In this document: piece by piece, positions 1 through 10,800 of the stretch
How the letters are laid out: every line of letters starts with the position of its first letter
Numbering within the stretch: position 1 is the first letter of the stretch
Assembly (NCBI RefSeq): GCF_000142905.1
Contig: NW_013657673.1
Location: 550,204-569,176 of the forward strand
DNA: 18,973 bases
DNA from: Thecamonas trahens ATCC 50062
Taxonomy: Eukaryota > Protista > Apusomonadida
Reading direction: 5' to 3'
The notes under the pieces: generated by a model
The model's input: only the letters and a program-made list of their open reading frames with translations
Told to the model about the DNA's origin: nothing
Database searches by the model: none
Made by a program: the position numbers and the translations under genes

Positions 1-230
1 AGGAGAGGGGCGGGGGGTGTGGGGAGGAGGGCGATCAAGGGGGTAGGGCGTAGGGGGAGGGGAGGGGTGGGGGTAAGGGGGGATGGGGGATGGGGGAGGG
101 AAGGGGAAGGGGGATCTGTGCGGCTAGATCAGGATGCGCGTGATCTAGGTGGCGGCCCGGGGAGGAGGGGGAAGGGTGAGTGGGGAGGGGAGCAGGGGGA
201 TGGGGGGGTGGCTGGAAGGGGGTGGTGGTT
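1..230. repeat. G-rich low-complexity tract (G-quadruplex-capable)
   Basis: Many G3-G6 runs separated by short A/T spacers. Confidence 0.7.
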
Positions 231-340
231 TCCGATCACCAATGCCATTGCTCTGTGATGGAGCATGGGTGGAAGCCGTGCACAGCATGGTATGGCGGCC
301 CGTGACCGTGACGGACAGCACTTGTCGTCCGACGTGGCAA

Positions 341-1527
341 ATGACGGCACAAGCGTCACCTCGCAAGCCCTGGGAGGTTCGAAGCGGAGTCGGTGGAAGC
401 AGCACACCACCACCGTCACGAGGAATAGGAGGAGGTGGAGGGGTGTGGGTGGAGGTGGCTTGGGGTTGGCTGGCTCTGTGGGGTCGACAGGGAGGGCGAC
501 GAGTCGGCCGACAACAACAACGACGACGACGACGACGGCTGCCGCTCCGGGCTCAATGGCGATGACGACGACGGGGCGCCCGATGGGTCGCGGTATGGGA
601 TTGGGTGCTCTGGGTGGGTATGCTGGTCGCGCTGGGTATGGTGGTGGCTATGGTGGTGGCTATGCCGGTGGATATGGCTCCAGGATGGGCTATGGATCGG
701 CAGGCCTCGGCATGGGCGGCCTGGGCTACGGCGGCTACGGATCGGGTCTGGGCTACGGCTCGTCGATGTATGGTTCGGGGTTGGGCGGGATGGGCTACGG
801 CGGAATGGGTGGGTATGGCGGGATGGGCTACGGGCACGGCACCATGGTCCCGGGCGGCGTGGGCGGCATGGACTCGGTCTTCAACCCACACGCCTGGCTC
901 GAGTCGATCGGCTCATCGGTCCACGCCTTTGGCCAGCTCACGTGGGTGCTGAACAACACGTACCAGGCGGTGTTTGGCACGCTTGCGGCGGTGGTCGGCG
1001 TCTCGGACGCGTTCTCGGCGGTGAGGGCTCAGATTTGGTCGATGATCCGCGCTCTGGCCATTGTGCGCACCCTCGCACGGCTGGCTGCCTTTATCCGCTC
1101 GCGGGTCTTTGGCGAGGACGTGAGCGCGGCCGCGGTGGGCGCGGCGGGAGGAGCCGGCGCCGGCGCCGAGCGCGGCGGCGGCTCGTCGTGGGGCTCGCGG
1201 GCGCTGCTGCTCGCGGCCATTGCGTACGCGCTGGCGCGGCTGCTGCGGGCCATCCCGTTGCCGGCCGAGCTGGAGGCGGCTGACGCGGCGGCGGCGGCAG
1301 CGGCGGCCACGTCGGCTGCAGGCCAGCTGTACCCATCGACCGGCACCTTTGCCACCGCGGTGTACCGGTTCAACGGCGAGGGTCCCGACGAGCTCAGCCT
1401 CGCGCCGGACGACCGCATCGAGCTCTTCTCCTGCGACGATGGCGAGTGGTGGTCCGGCCGGCGGGTCGGCGCCGACGCCTCGGGCTGGTTCCCGGCCAAC
1501 CACGTCAAGCTCGATCCGCCGAGCTGA
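341..1527 (+). CDS. PEX13: Peroxisomal membrane peroxin PEX13 (KPWE N-terminus, YG-rich domain, TM region, C-terminal SH3); one frame break at 440-443
   Basis: ATG at 341 reads MTAQASPRKPWE (PEX13 hallmark P-x-KPWE) in one frame. The 265..1527 frame supplies the YG-repeat region (GYGGGYGGGYAGGYGS...), the conserved 'LESIGSSVHAFGQLTWVLNNTYQAVFGTL' core and the SH3 (AVYRFNGEGPDELSL...GEWWSG...GWFPANHV). The frames join if one G is added in GGGG 440-443. Confidence 0.9.
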
Positions 1528-1549
1528 GCGAAGGGTACTTGGCTGTCGA

Positions 1550-2067
1550 TCACCCGCTGCCCTCGCTCGGTCGGGCATTGCGGCGGATGGGGAACCACTT
1601 GGGCAGCCAGTCGTCGTCGTCGTCGGCGTCGCCACCGCCGGCACCGATGCCCGCAGCTGCACGCCGTGCCGCCAGAATCTTGTTCCGCTTCCACTGCGCG
1701 TATGCAGCGCCAGCCAACTCTGCGCTCGCCGCCACAGCGGCCGTCACTAGCGCCGCGGGCACCGCATTGCGCGGACCCATAAACGAGCCACCAATGACAT
1801 AGCCACCAAGTCCGCCAGCCAGCACAGCGTCCCACACATCCACCGGCGCCGATCCATAGGCCGGGCGGACAGCATCTGGCGCAGCATCGTTGGGCGGCAC
1901 GGCTCTCGCCCAGGCAAACGCATTCCGCAGAGCGATATAGCCCGCCACCGAGACCCCAGCCACTATGCTCGCCGATCCTGCTGCCGACCATCTCGCCGAT
2001 CGCGATGCGCGCGCTGCAGCCATGACCGCACCCACTGCGCCCGAGCGGCTCGTCGCCTTGGCACCGG
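1550..2067 (-). CDS. Partial multi-pass Gly/Ala-rich membrane protein, possibly Tim17/22/23 (TIMMDC1/NDUFA11-like) family; 5' end lost in N gap
   Basis: Open frame from the gap to TGA at 1550-1552. Hydrophobic GxxxG-type segments (SIVAGVSVAGYIALR; DAVLAGGLGGYVIGG; AALVTAAVAASAELAG) and a C-terminal WLPKWFPIR motif. Family assignment is by pattern only. Confidence 0.55.
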
Positions 2068-2174
2068 NNNNNNNNNNNNNNNNNNNNNNNNNNNNNNNNN
2101 NNNNNNNNNNNNNNNNNNNNNNNNNNNNNNNNNNNNNNNNNNNNNNNNNNNNNNNNNNNNNNNNNNNNNNNNNN
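2068..2174. other. Assembly gap (N run)
   Basis: Run of Ns next to a G-rich simple repeat. Confidence 1.
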
Positions 2175-2315
2175 TGGGTGATGTGGGGGATGGGGATGGG
2201 TGATGTGGGTGATGTGGGGGATGGGGATGGGTGTTGTGGGGGATGGGGATGGGTGATGTGGGGGATGGGTGATGTGGGGGATGGGGATGGGGATGGGGGG
2301 TGCGTGATGGGTGTG
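2175..2315. repeat. Degenerate G-rich tandem repeat (GGGGAT / GGGTGATGT units), probably intronic
   Basis: Repeated tgggtgatgtgggggatggggatgg units visible directly. Confidence 0.85.
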
Positions 2316-2448
2316 TGAGGGTGGTGCAGGGGGGAGGTGCCCCCTCCCCTCCCCGGGAGTGAGAGACATTGGCGTGCGTTGCCACCGCCAATAGCCACAC
2401 AGCCGCACCACGCAGAGCACCTCACTCTGTACACCCCCATACCTGACT

Positions 2449-3483
2449 ATGACCTCGCAACTCGGACAACTCCGCGCTGTGGTCTCGCCCTCGATCCTGG
2501 CTGCTGACTTTACCCGTCTTGGCGACGAGTGCGCTACTGTGCTTGGAGACGGCCATGCCGAGTGGCTCCATTGCGACGTCATGGACGGCGCCTTTGTGCC
2601 CAACATCTCCTTCGGCTTCCCCATCATCTCCTCGCTCCGCAAGCGCTTCCCGGACGCCTTTCTCGACTGCCACCTTGTACGTCCACTGCTTCTCCTCTTC
2701 CTCAACTCCATGATCCTCCTCTTTGATCTCTCGCTGTGGCCATTCTGCGCCTTCCGCTGCCTATTGCTTTCTCGCCGACCGGGATCACGCCCTTTTGCTC
2801 TGCCGCTCCCGCTCTCCCTCTCCCCCCCTCCCACACAGTGGACCATGGCTTCCATCAATGTCACTTTCTGTAGTTAGTTTTGCCTCCTTTTGTCACCCAT
2901 GCCGCGATATTCTGCTCCGCCTCTTCGACTTGGCCGCAATCGTCGCCGGTCGACGGCCTCTGCCACTTTATCGATGCTTCCGCCAGAGACAGGAGACTCA
3001 CACGGCTGATGCGCACAGATGGTGGAGAATCCTGGCAAGTGGGTGGAGCCGCTGGCCAAGGCCGGTGGCTCGCTGATGACCTTCCACATCGAGGCGGTCG
3101 AGTCGGTCGACGCCGCGCGGGTGCTCGTGGACGCCATTCACGACGCAGGCATGGCGGCCGGCGTCGCCGTCAAGCCGGGAACTGAGCTGGCGGCCGCCGG
3201 CGATCTGGCCGACGTCGTCGATATGGTCCTGATCATGACAGTCGAGCCGGGCTTTGGCGGCCAGTCGTTCATGCCCGAGACCATGACCAAGGTCGAGACT
3301 CTCCGTGCTAGTCACCCGCAGCTCTTCATCCAGGTCGACGGCGGGCTCTCGCCCAAGACAGTCGACACTGCCGCCGCTGCCGGTGCCAACGTCATCGTCG
3401 CCGGCTCGGCCGTCTTCAAGGCCGACGACCGACTTGCAGTCATCGACGCCCTACTTGGTTCGGTCTCTGCGAGCCTCGCGTAG
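2449..3483 (+). CDS. RPE: Ribulose-phosphate 3-epimerase, 2 exons (2449-2676, 3019-3483), about 230 aa
   Basis: Motifs SPSILAADF, WLHCDVMDGAFVPNISFG, DCHL|MVENP, TFHIE, MTVEPGFGGQSF, IQVDGG, GANVIVAGSAVF. Phase-0 intron GTACGT(2677)...GCTGAT...CAG(3018). Confidence 0.97.
2677..3018 (+). other. Spliceosomal intron of RPE
   Basis: GTACGT donor, pyrimidine-rich body, CAG acceptor; removal restores DCHLMV. Confidence 0.93.
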
Positions 3484-3491
3484 CGGAGCAT

Positions 3492-4624
3492 CTACTCGAC
3501 CAGCGGATCCGGTGCCGGCGCCTCGTCGTCCGGCGTGGCGTCGTCGGCGCTGGCCAACGCTGGTACTGCTGACGCCGCAATCGCAGCTTTGACCGCCTCT
3601 GCAAGCTCAGTGAGATCGGCCACAGCGTCACCGTCTTCTTCGTGCTTGCCCTTGATGGCCTTTGCGATGCGAACAAACGAGCGCAGCGCCTCGCGTAGTG
3701 CCTCGCTCTCTAGCCCACACTTTCGCGCCGTCACCAGTGCGCCGTACACCTCGCCGATGAGCTTGCCCGTCTGCACCCCCTCACCAAAGCCGTCATCAAA
3801 CGACCGCTGGACAACTGTCTCGGATCCTGCGCTCCTGCCAAGGCGGAAGCCGATCTGTGTCCACCCGCGAACGCCGCCATCCAACGCCCAGCCCAACACC
3901 ATGCCCAGCCCCGCAGCCAACGTGAGTGTTACCGATCCGACCATGTTGTCACATCATGACCGTCAACACAACACGACCATCACCGCCATGACCACCATCA
4001 CCATGACCATCACCATCACCACCACCACCATCACCACCACCATCACCATCACCATCACCATCACCGCCATGACCACCATCACCATGACCATGACCATCAC
4101 CACCATCACCACCACCATCACCACCACCATCACCATCACCACCCCCACCCCCACCCCCATCACCATCACCACAGGGGCCTGTATTCNNNNNNNNNNNNNN
4201 NNNNNNNNNNNNNNNNNNNNNNNNNNNNNNNNNNNNNNNNNNNNNNNNNNNNNNNNNNNNNNNNNNNNNNNNNNNNNNNNNNNNNNNNNNNNNNNNNNNN
4301 NNNNNNNNNNNNNNNNNNNGTCCACCACTCACCACTCACCACTCACCATCACCACCACCATCACCACCACCACACCCACCCACCCACCCCATCACCATCA
4401 CCATCACCATCACCATCACCACCATCCCCGCATAAGTCCCTCTCCCCACGGAGCCCTTCCATCCCCCTCCTCCCCTCCCCCCTCCCTCCTCCCCTCCTCC
4501 CCTCCTCCCCTCCTCCCCACACACGTACTGTGGTAAAGGTATCCTCCATGCGAGACCAGTTCTGGGAGGCCATGGCTGCATGGTACTCCACTTCGTCCAC
4601 CTCGTCATCCCATACGTCGTCCAT
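3492..4624 (-). CDS. YAE1: Yae1-domain protein (CIA/ABCE1 maturation adaptor), 2 exons (4624-4529, 3854-3492), about 152 aa
   Basis: Exon 1 MDDVWDDEVDEVEYHAAMASQNWSRMEDTFTT ends at a GTACGT donor (4528). Exon 2 after CAG (3855) begins IGFRLGRSAGSETVVQRSFDDGFGEGVQTGKLIG, the GX3-repeat Yae1_N signature (GYRDG...G...Q.GFD.G). Confidence 0.85.
3975..4430. repeat. (CAC/CAT)n microsatellite inside the YAE1 intron, interrupted by an N gap (4187-4319)
   Basis: Long accatcaccaccatc runs on both sides of the gap. Confidence 0.95.
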
Positions 4625-4893
4625 CGTCTCCAATGTGGTGCTCAAAGTCGAGTGCCTCCGCCCGCCCCCGCCCGCACCAACAGCTTCTGCCCACTTCCCC
4701 ATCATGTCACCCTCTGTCCGAGAAGAACGCCACCGCAAACTGCACAGGCTGCTCTCTGGCCATCATTGTCAACTCGGCACGTTGTGCCATGAATCGACTG
4801 CACATGTGCTCAAAGACTGTGGTCATCGTGCTTGGTTTGGCTGTGGTATGGTAAGAGGGATCGCGCGTTGTTGCGCGTCTTGGCGGCTTTAAT

Positions 4894-7800
4894 CTACTTC
4901 TTGTACTTGCGCTTGTTGCGCTTGAGCACGGCCTGCCGCGCCTTCTCCAGCTCCTGCTGGGCGGCGAGAACCCGAAGGCGGGCTTCCATGTCAGCCTTGT
5001 TAGCTGCGACCTGGCCCTCGTCATCGAGCTCGTCGTCGTCGTCGCCACCGGCGGCAGCAGCGGCGGCGGCCGACGAGAGAGTGGCGATCGAGTCGAGCGC
5101 CTCGGCCGTCCGCTTGACGTCGCCGCCGGCCTTCTTGAGCAGCTTCTGTGGCTTCGAGTCACCAGCCTTGACCTGGGCGGCGACAACAAGGTGGGCGGTC
5201 GAGGCGGTGATGCCCTTGACCGCGGCCTTGATCCGCAGCGCCGGGTTCTCTGGCTTGTCCTTCACCGTCGTCTCGGCGGTAGTGACCAGGAGCTTGCACT
5301 CGGCATTGACTCGCTGCGCCGCCGAGATGAGGCCGGTGGAAAAGTCGGTGTCAGTGTGCCACATCGAGCCCTCGCCGCCCTCGCCAGCTGCCTGGTGGGC
5401 CATGACCTCCTTCTGACACATGGCCGCAGCCTTGATCAGCCCGGCTGCCGCCACCATGATGGTCTTGCACCCCTCGACAAGCTGTTCCTCAAACGACATC
5501 AGGCCGTCCTCGCCGCGCACAGGCCGGAGCCTATTGAGCTTCTTGAGGCCAGAGTTCTCGATGTCCTTGGCCGTCGACTTGAGCTCCTTGGCCGCCATGG
5601 CGTCGGCTGATCCCTCGCCGGCTAGCTCCGGGTTCGACACCACCAGCCCGGTCGCCAGCACCTCGGCCACGTCCTCGGCCACCTTGGCGCCCTCTTTCCG
5701 CAATGCCTTGTGCGCCGTCGCAGACTTCTTGGTTGTTCCGCCTGCAGCCTTGACCACCTTGAGCGCCTTGATCACGTCCGCCCCGAGCTCCTTCATAGCT
5801 GCCACAAACGGAGCGCGGATCTCGTTCTCAACCCCGGGCCCGATCGCCTTGCCGGCCATAACAAAGCCAACCAGCGCCCGCACCAGCGCCGACGCCGCCT
5901 CGCCCGCCGGCTTCTGGCCCTTGCGCGCCGTGACCACAAACTTGGTCACCGCGCCCGACACGCCCGCCGCCGCCGCCTCGAGCTCCTCCAGCGTCCCGTC
6001 GTCCTTGTCGCCAGCCTTGTGGTCCGCGTCGAGCGATTCGACCGCCTGCTTGGCCAGCTCGATCGCCGTCGTCACCTGCCGCTTGCCCGACGTCGCCAGC
6101 TCCTCTACCTTGGCGTTGACCTTGAGGAACCGCTTGAGCTCCTTGGTTGACGCCGCCTTGGCTTCGGCTGCCGCCGCCGCTGCCTCGGTCGACTGAGGAT
6201 CGCTCGCCAGCTCGAGCGACGACGTCGCAAACGCAGCCAGCGCCTCAGTCAGTGCCTTGGCCGCGTCCAGCAGCGCCTGCTGTGCTGAGAGATCCGCGAG
6301 CGCCGGCACGCCGGCCTCCAGCGACGCAAGCAGCTTGCTCACGCTCTCGGCAAGGCCCTTGGTTGCTTCGCCGGTATCGCCGCCTGCGCTTGCCGCCTCT
6401 ACCTTGAGCAGCGCCTTGCCGACCTTGGTTCCGGCCTTGGCCACTGCCGCCTCGTGGTCTGCGTACGTCGTGCCTTCCGCCGCCGCCAGCGAGCCCGATG
6501 TCACCATGAACGACATGGTGTCGAGCTCACCGAGCGCCTCCTCAATGGCAATCGCTGCCTCCTCGGCATCCTTCTCCGCCGACGCTTCGGCCTTGGCCGC
6601 CGCCAGCAGCGCCGCAATCGTCTTGGCTACCTTGGACGACGCGCTCTTTGCCACCTTGGCCTGCAGCGCCTTGTCCTTGGGTGAGCTCTTGAGCTCCGCC
6701 GCTTCCTCAAAGAGCTTGATCGACGCGTCGCAGAGCGCACGCCCGGCCGCCCGCAGCTCGTCTGGCGCCGACGAGCTCGTCGCCGCCGCAGCCACCGACG
6801 CCATCAGCGGCGCGTACAGCGTCGCCACCTCATCCACCGCCACCATGATCCGCTTCGGCACCTCTTTGCTGCCTTGCCCAGATGCAGGATCTTCGACCCA
6901 AGCTTCTTGCCTTGTGACTTGATGTCCGACTGGTAGTCCTTGTACGTCATCCCGCGGTCCTTGGCCGGCTCGGCGGCCGCCAGAATGGCGTCACGCGCGT
7001 GCGCCACAGCATCGGCGCCCGACGACCCGCTCGCCGATGTACCCTCGGCGTTTGCGCCCGCCGTCGCCAGTGCGTCCACAAGCGCGGCACCTGCGGCCTC
7101 GACACCGGCGCTCGCATCGCCGCCAGTGCCAGCCGCGTCGATGGCCGCGCGCAGCTCCGAGGTGAACGCCACTCCGGCCGCGAGGATGGCGGAGCAGTCG
7201 TCGGGCTCATCGGTCACTGCCGCCGCCGCCGCTGCCACAAGCTTCGCCAGCTGCGTAGCGCCCGCGCCGACGCTGTTCGCACCCGCCGCCATCGCCTCGC
7301 TCTCGCCACTCAGGCTCCCGGACGCCTCGGCGAGCGCCTCGATTGCGTCCGAGATACGCTTCTTGGCCGTCGCAAACGTGAGCTTTGATGAGGTGGTGAG
7401 GTCGCCGACCGACGCCGCCATCGAGCACTCCTCGAGACTCTCGATCGCCGCATCAACCGCGCTCCCCGCCGCCGCCAGCTCGGCCTGGCCCGGTGCCGCC
7501 GACTGCGCCTTCTTCTCCAGCTTTGTCAGCGCTGCGCCTGTCTTGCGGCCCGATGACTTGACTAGCGACTTGGCCGGCGCAGACTTGGGCTTGTTTGCCC
7601 ACGCCTTGACCGCCGACACATGCGCCACCAGCTGCTCCGCCGTCACCCGTGCGCTCTTGACCAGTGCCGCGCCCTCTGGCGACAGCGCGTTGCCCGATCC
7701 ACTTGCTGACGATGCGCCCGCGCCGTCGCTGCCAGATCCAACCTTGTTGGCGGCCTTCAACACTGCGCGCGTCGCTGCGCCCAACAGCGACGCAGCCGCC

Positions 7801-10800
7801 ACCACTGGTGCCACGTCGACCTCGCCGCCCGACGACAGACTCTTGGCCGCCTTTGCTGCAGCCTTGGAGAGCTTGCTGGATGCGGCCTTGAGCGTCTTGC
7901 TGTGGCTCACCAGGCTCTCGTCCGCGTCCTTGGCCACAACCGCAAGCGTGTTGGCGAGCTTGATCAGCGCTGCCGCGCCCTTGAGCGCAGCCTTTGGCTT
8001 ACCGGCCGCCGCCTTGGAAAGCGCCTTGACGCCTCCTGTGATGGCAGTGCCCTTCTTCTCGATGCTTGCCGCCGTCGCCGGCTCGAGTCCACCCGATGTG
8101 GTGCTTGACGAACCGCTGCTGCTTGCTCCGCTCTCGCCGCCTTCGGAAGACAGCGCGGCTGCAGCGTCGACGATTGCGGCCGCAAGAGATGCCAGTGCGC
8201 CTGGCAGCGGTTCGGCCACTGCCATCAGTGCATCCTGCCCTGGCGCGCTCGCAATCTTGGTCGTCTCCATCAGCGCCTTGACGGCGTCGGCAATTGTCGC
8301 CTTGGACGTCGCCAGCGACTCGAGCGCTGCCGGGTACGACGCGCCCGATGGCGTGGCGCCGGACTCGGTCTTGAGCTTGGCCTCAACAGTGGCAAGGAGG
8401 GCGTCGATGATGGCATCAAACTCGGTCGCCGCACCGTCCGACGCCGACTCGGCGACCGCAAGGAGCTCAGCAACCGCCGCCGCAGACGCATCTGCCGACG
8501 CCGCCGCCGCTCCTGCTGCCTCCTCGTCGTCGGCATCGTGCGCGAGGCTACGTGCGTCGCGAGCAGACGCTGCCGCAGCCTCGGCAACGGCCTTGACCGC
8601 CGTGACCAGCGGGACACGGGCGCCATCAGTCGGCAGCGCCGCCGCCAGCGTGCCTGCCGCGGTCTTGAGCGCATCAAAGGCGACGGTAAGGTCATCGGCG
8701 CCACGCTCGAGCTCCGAGTTTGAGCCCGACTTGGCGCCGTGGTTGAGCAGCGCAAGCGCGTCCGAGAGCGCCCGCGCCGCTGCAAGGAGGTCGTCGGTCA
8801 TAGCGTCGGTGAGCGGGCCGGCGAGCGGAGGGAGGGAGGCCAGATCAAACGCGGCACCAGCCGAGGCAACCGCATCTTCGGCGCGGATGCAGGCGCCAAC
8901 GCCCGGGATGGTGGCCATCATGGCGGCAAGTGCGTCCTTGAACGCCGCCACGGCAGCCGCAGTCTCGGCATCGGCGGCGGTCGAGTCGGACGACGACTTG
9001 TGGCGGGCCTCGGCGGCGGTGAGAAGGTCGGCCATGGCGCCGGCCACATCAGACGCGCGTTCAAGCGCCACCGGATTCGATCGCGCTGCGGCGTCCTCCT
9101 TGCACTTTTGCGCTGTGACGACGGCCGACGCGAGGATGGCAGCATTCGACGCCGCGTTGCCGGCCGCGGCGCCGACATCCTGTGGATTGAGGTTGGTCAT
9201 CGCAGCCACCAGCACTGCCGCCGCCGAGCTGAGCGCTTCCATGGCAAACGACATCTCGGCGAGCGCCGCCGACTCGTTCTCGAAGAACTCCTTCTCCGGG
9301 AGTGAGCCATCTGCCGCCGACGCCGCAGCGGTCGCCAGATCACCCTGCACACCCTGGATGCGATCGAGTGCAGCCTCGACATCGAGGTCCCAGCACACGC
9401 CCTGGGCCTCACCAAAGGCCGACTTGAGCAGCGCAGTCTTCTCGCCGGCCTTGGAGGCCGAGTTGGCCACAGCCTCCTGGTCCGTCGGATCGACGTAGCC
9501 CGACGACGACGACTTGGCCGAAACCACCAGTCGAGAGACCGGGTGCAGCAGAGCCTTGGACGACTCGAGCAGCTCCTTCTGCGCCGATCGCGACGTCGGG
9601 TCGGCGAGGTACAGCTGCGCCGCCTTGCCAGCCGCCTCGTTTGGCGCCTGGACCTTGGTCTGCAGACCGGCGGTCTTCTTGAGCATCGCTGGAGAGCTGG
9701 ACTCGCCAGCAGCATCAAGCTCGTCAAGCAGCGTGTTGTTCGCCACAACCGATGCCTTGGTCGCCTTGGCCAAATCGGTGAGGGCGCGCTTCTGCTCGCG
9801 TGCTGCGCGGAGCGCACGCGCGGCATCACCCACGCCAAGCGCCGCGTCCTTGAGCGCCTCGGTAGCAGCCTCCGACTTGTCGGTCGATGCGTTCGCGGTG
9901 GCAGCCGCAAAGGCCTCGAGTGCACTGGCGAGGTTCTGCGAGAGCTGGTTGAGCTCGTCCTTGAGCTCGGGGTTGACTTCGGATGTGGCCTCAAGCGCCG
10001 CCAGCTCGCCGAGCGCGGCAGCCTCGGCCGAGACGGTCTTGGCACCGGCGAGTGCCTGGCTCCGCGACTCGGCGTTGACGACGCCGACGATCGTGGTGTC
10101 GAGCGCGACCGAGGCCGCCGCAATGTCGGCGGTGCGGTCGATGTGCTCATCCGCGTCGGCAACCGACTCGGAGAGCTTGAGCAGGGCATCGTTGAGTGAC
10201 TCTGCGGCGGCCTTGAGCGAGTCCATGTCAGCAAGATCGATACCCGAGACGTCGGCAAGGGTGAGCATGTCGACGATCGAGGCCTGGAGCTGGGTCTGCT
10301 GCACATCGAGCGCAGCCTGGACCTTGTCGTCGAGCACTCGGGCGCCGGCCATCGAGACTGAGTTGGTCATCGCGTCTGAGAGCGCCTTGACGTTGGCCTC
10401 TGCAGCCGCAAGCTTGGCCTTGGCCTCGGGATCATCAACCTTGTCCGAAACGTTGAGGCCAACCATGCCGCCGAGCGCCGACGAGAGATCACCGGCAGCG
10501 GCGAGTAGGTCATCCATGCACAGAAGCGAGGCGTCGGGAATGGCAGCAGCGGCGAGCATAGAATCGATAGCGGCGCCAAGGCCACGCGATGCGTCGGCGA
10601 GTGCCTCGGGATCGTCGTCGTTGGCGGCGGCGGCAACGACGCCCGCGAGCCGCATCTGCATGTTGGCGAGCGCGTCAGACATCTCTTCCGGCGCACCCAG
10701 GAGGGCGGCGGTGGTGCCTGCGGCGGTGACCAGCTCGTCAGCCAGCATCTGCATCCGCTGCGCCGAGGTGAGGACAGCATCGTGTGACGAGCCCTTGGCG

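Noticed and set aside
2175-2315. Telomere-like G-rich repeat
   Set aside because: Irregular units and an internal position; not TTAGGG-type.
1029-2864. 611-aa minus ORF
   Set aside because: Runs through an N gap, a repeat and the antisense strand of PEX13 and RPE; composite artefact.
3535-4536. Thr/Ile/His- or Val/Met-repeat ORFs
   Set aside because: Translations of the CAY microsatellite in the YAE1 intron.
4894-6861. Separate Sla2/HIP1-like I/LWEQ gene
   Set aside because: No ANTH domain or intergenic gap; it overlaps and continues the talin rod after a single-base shift.
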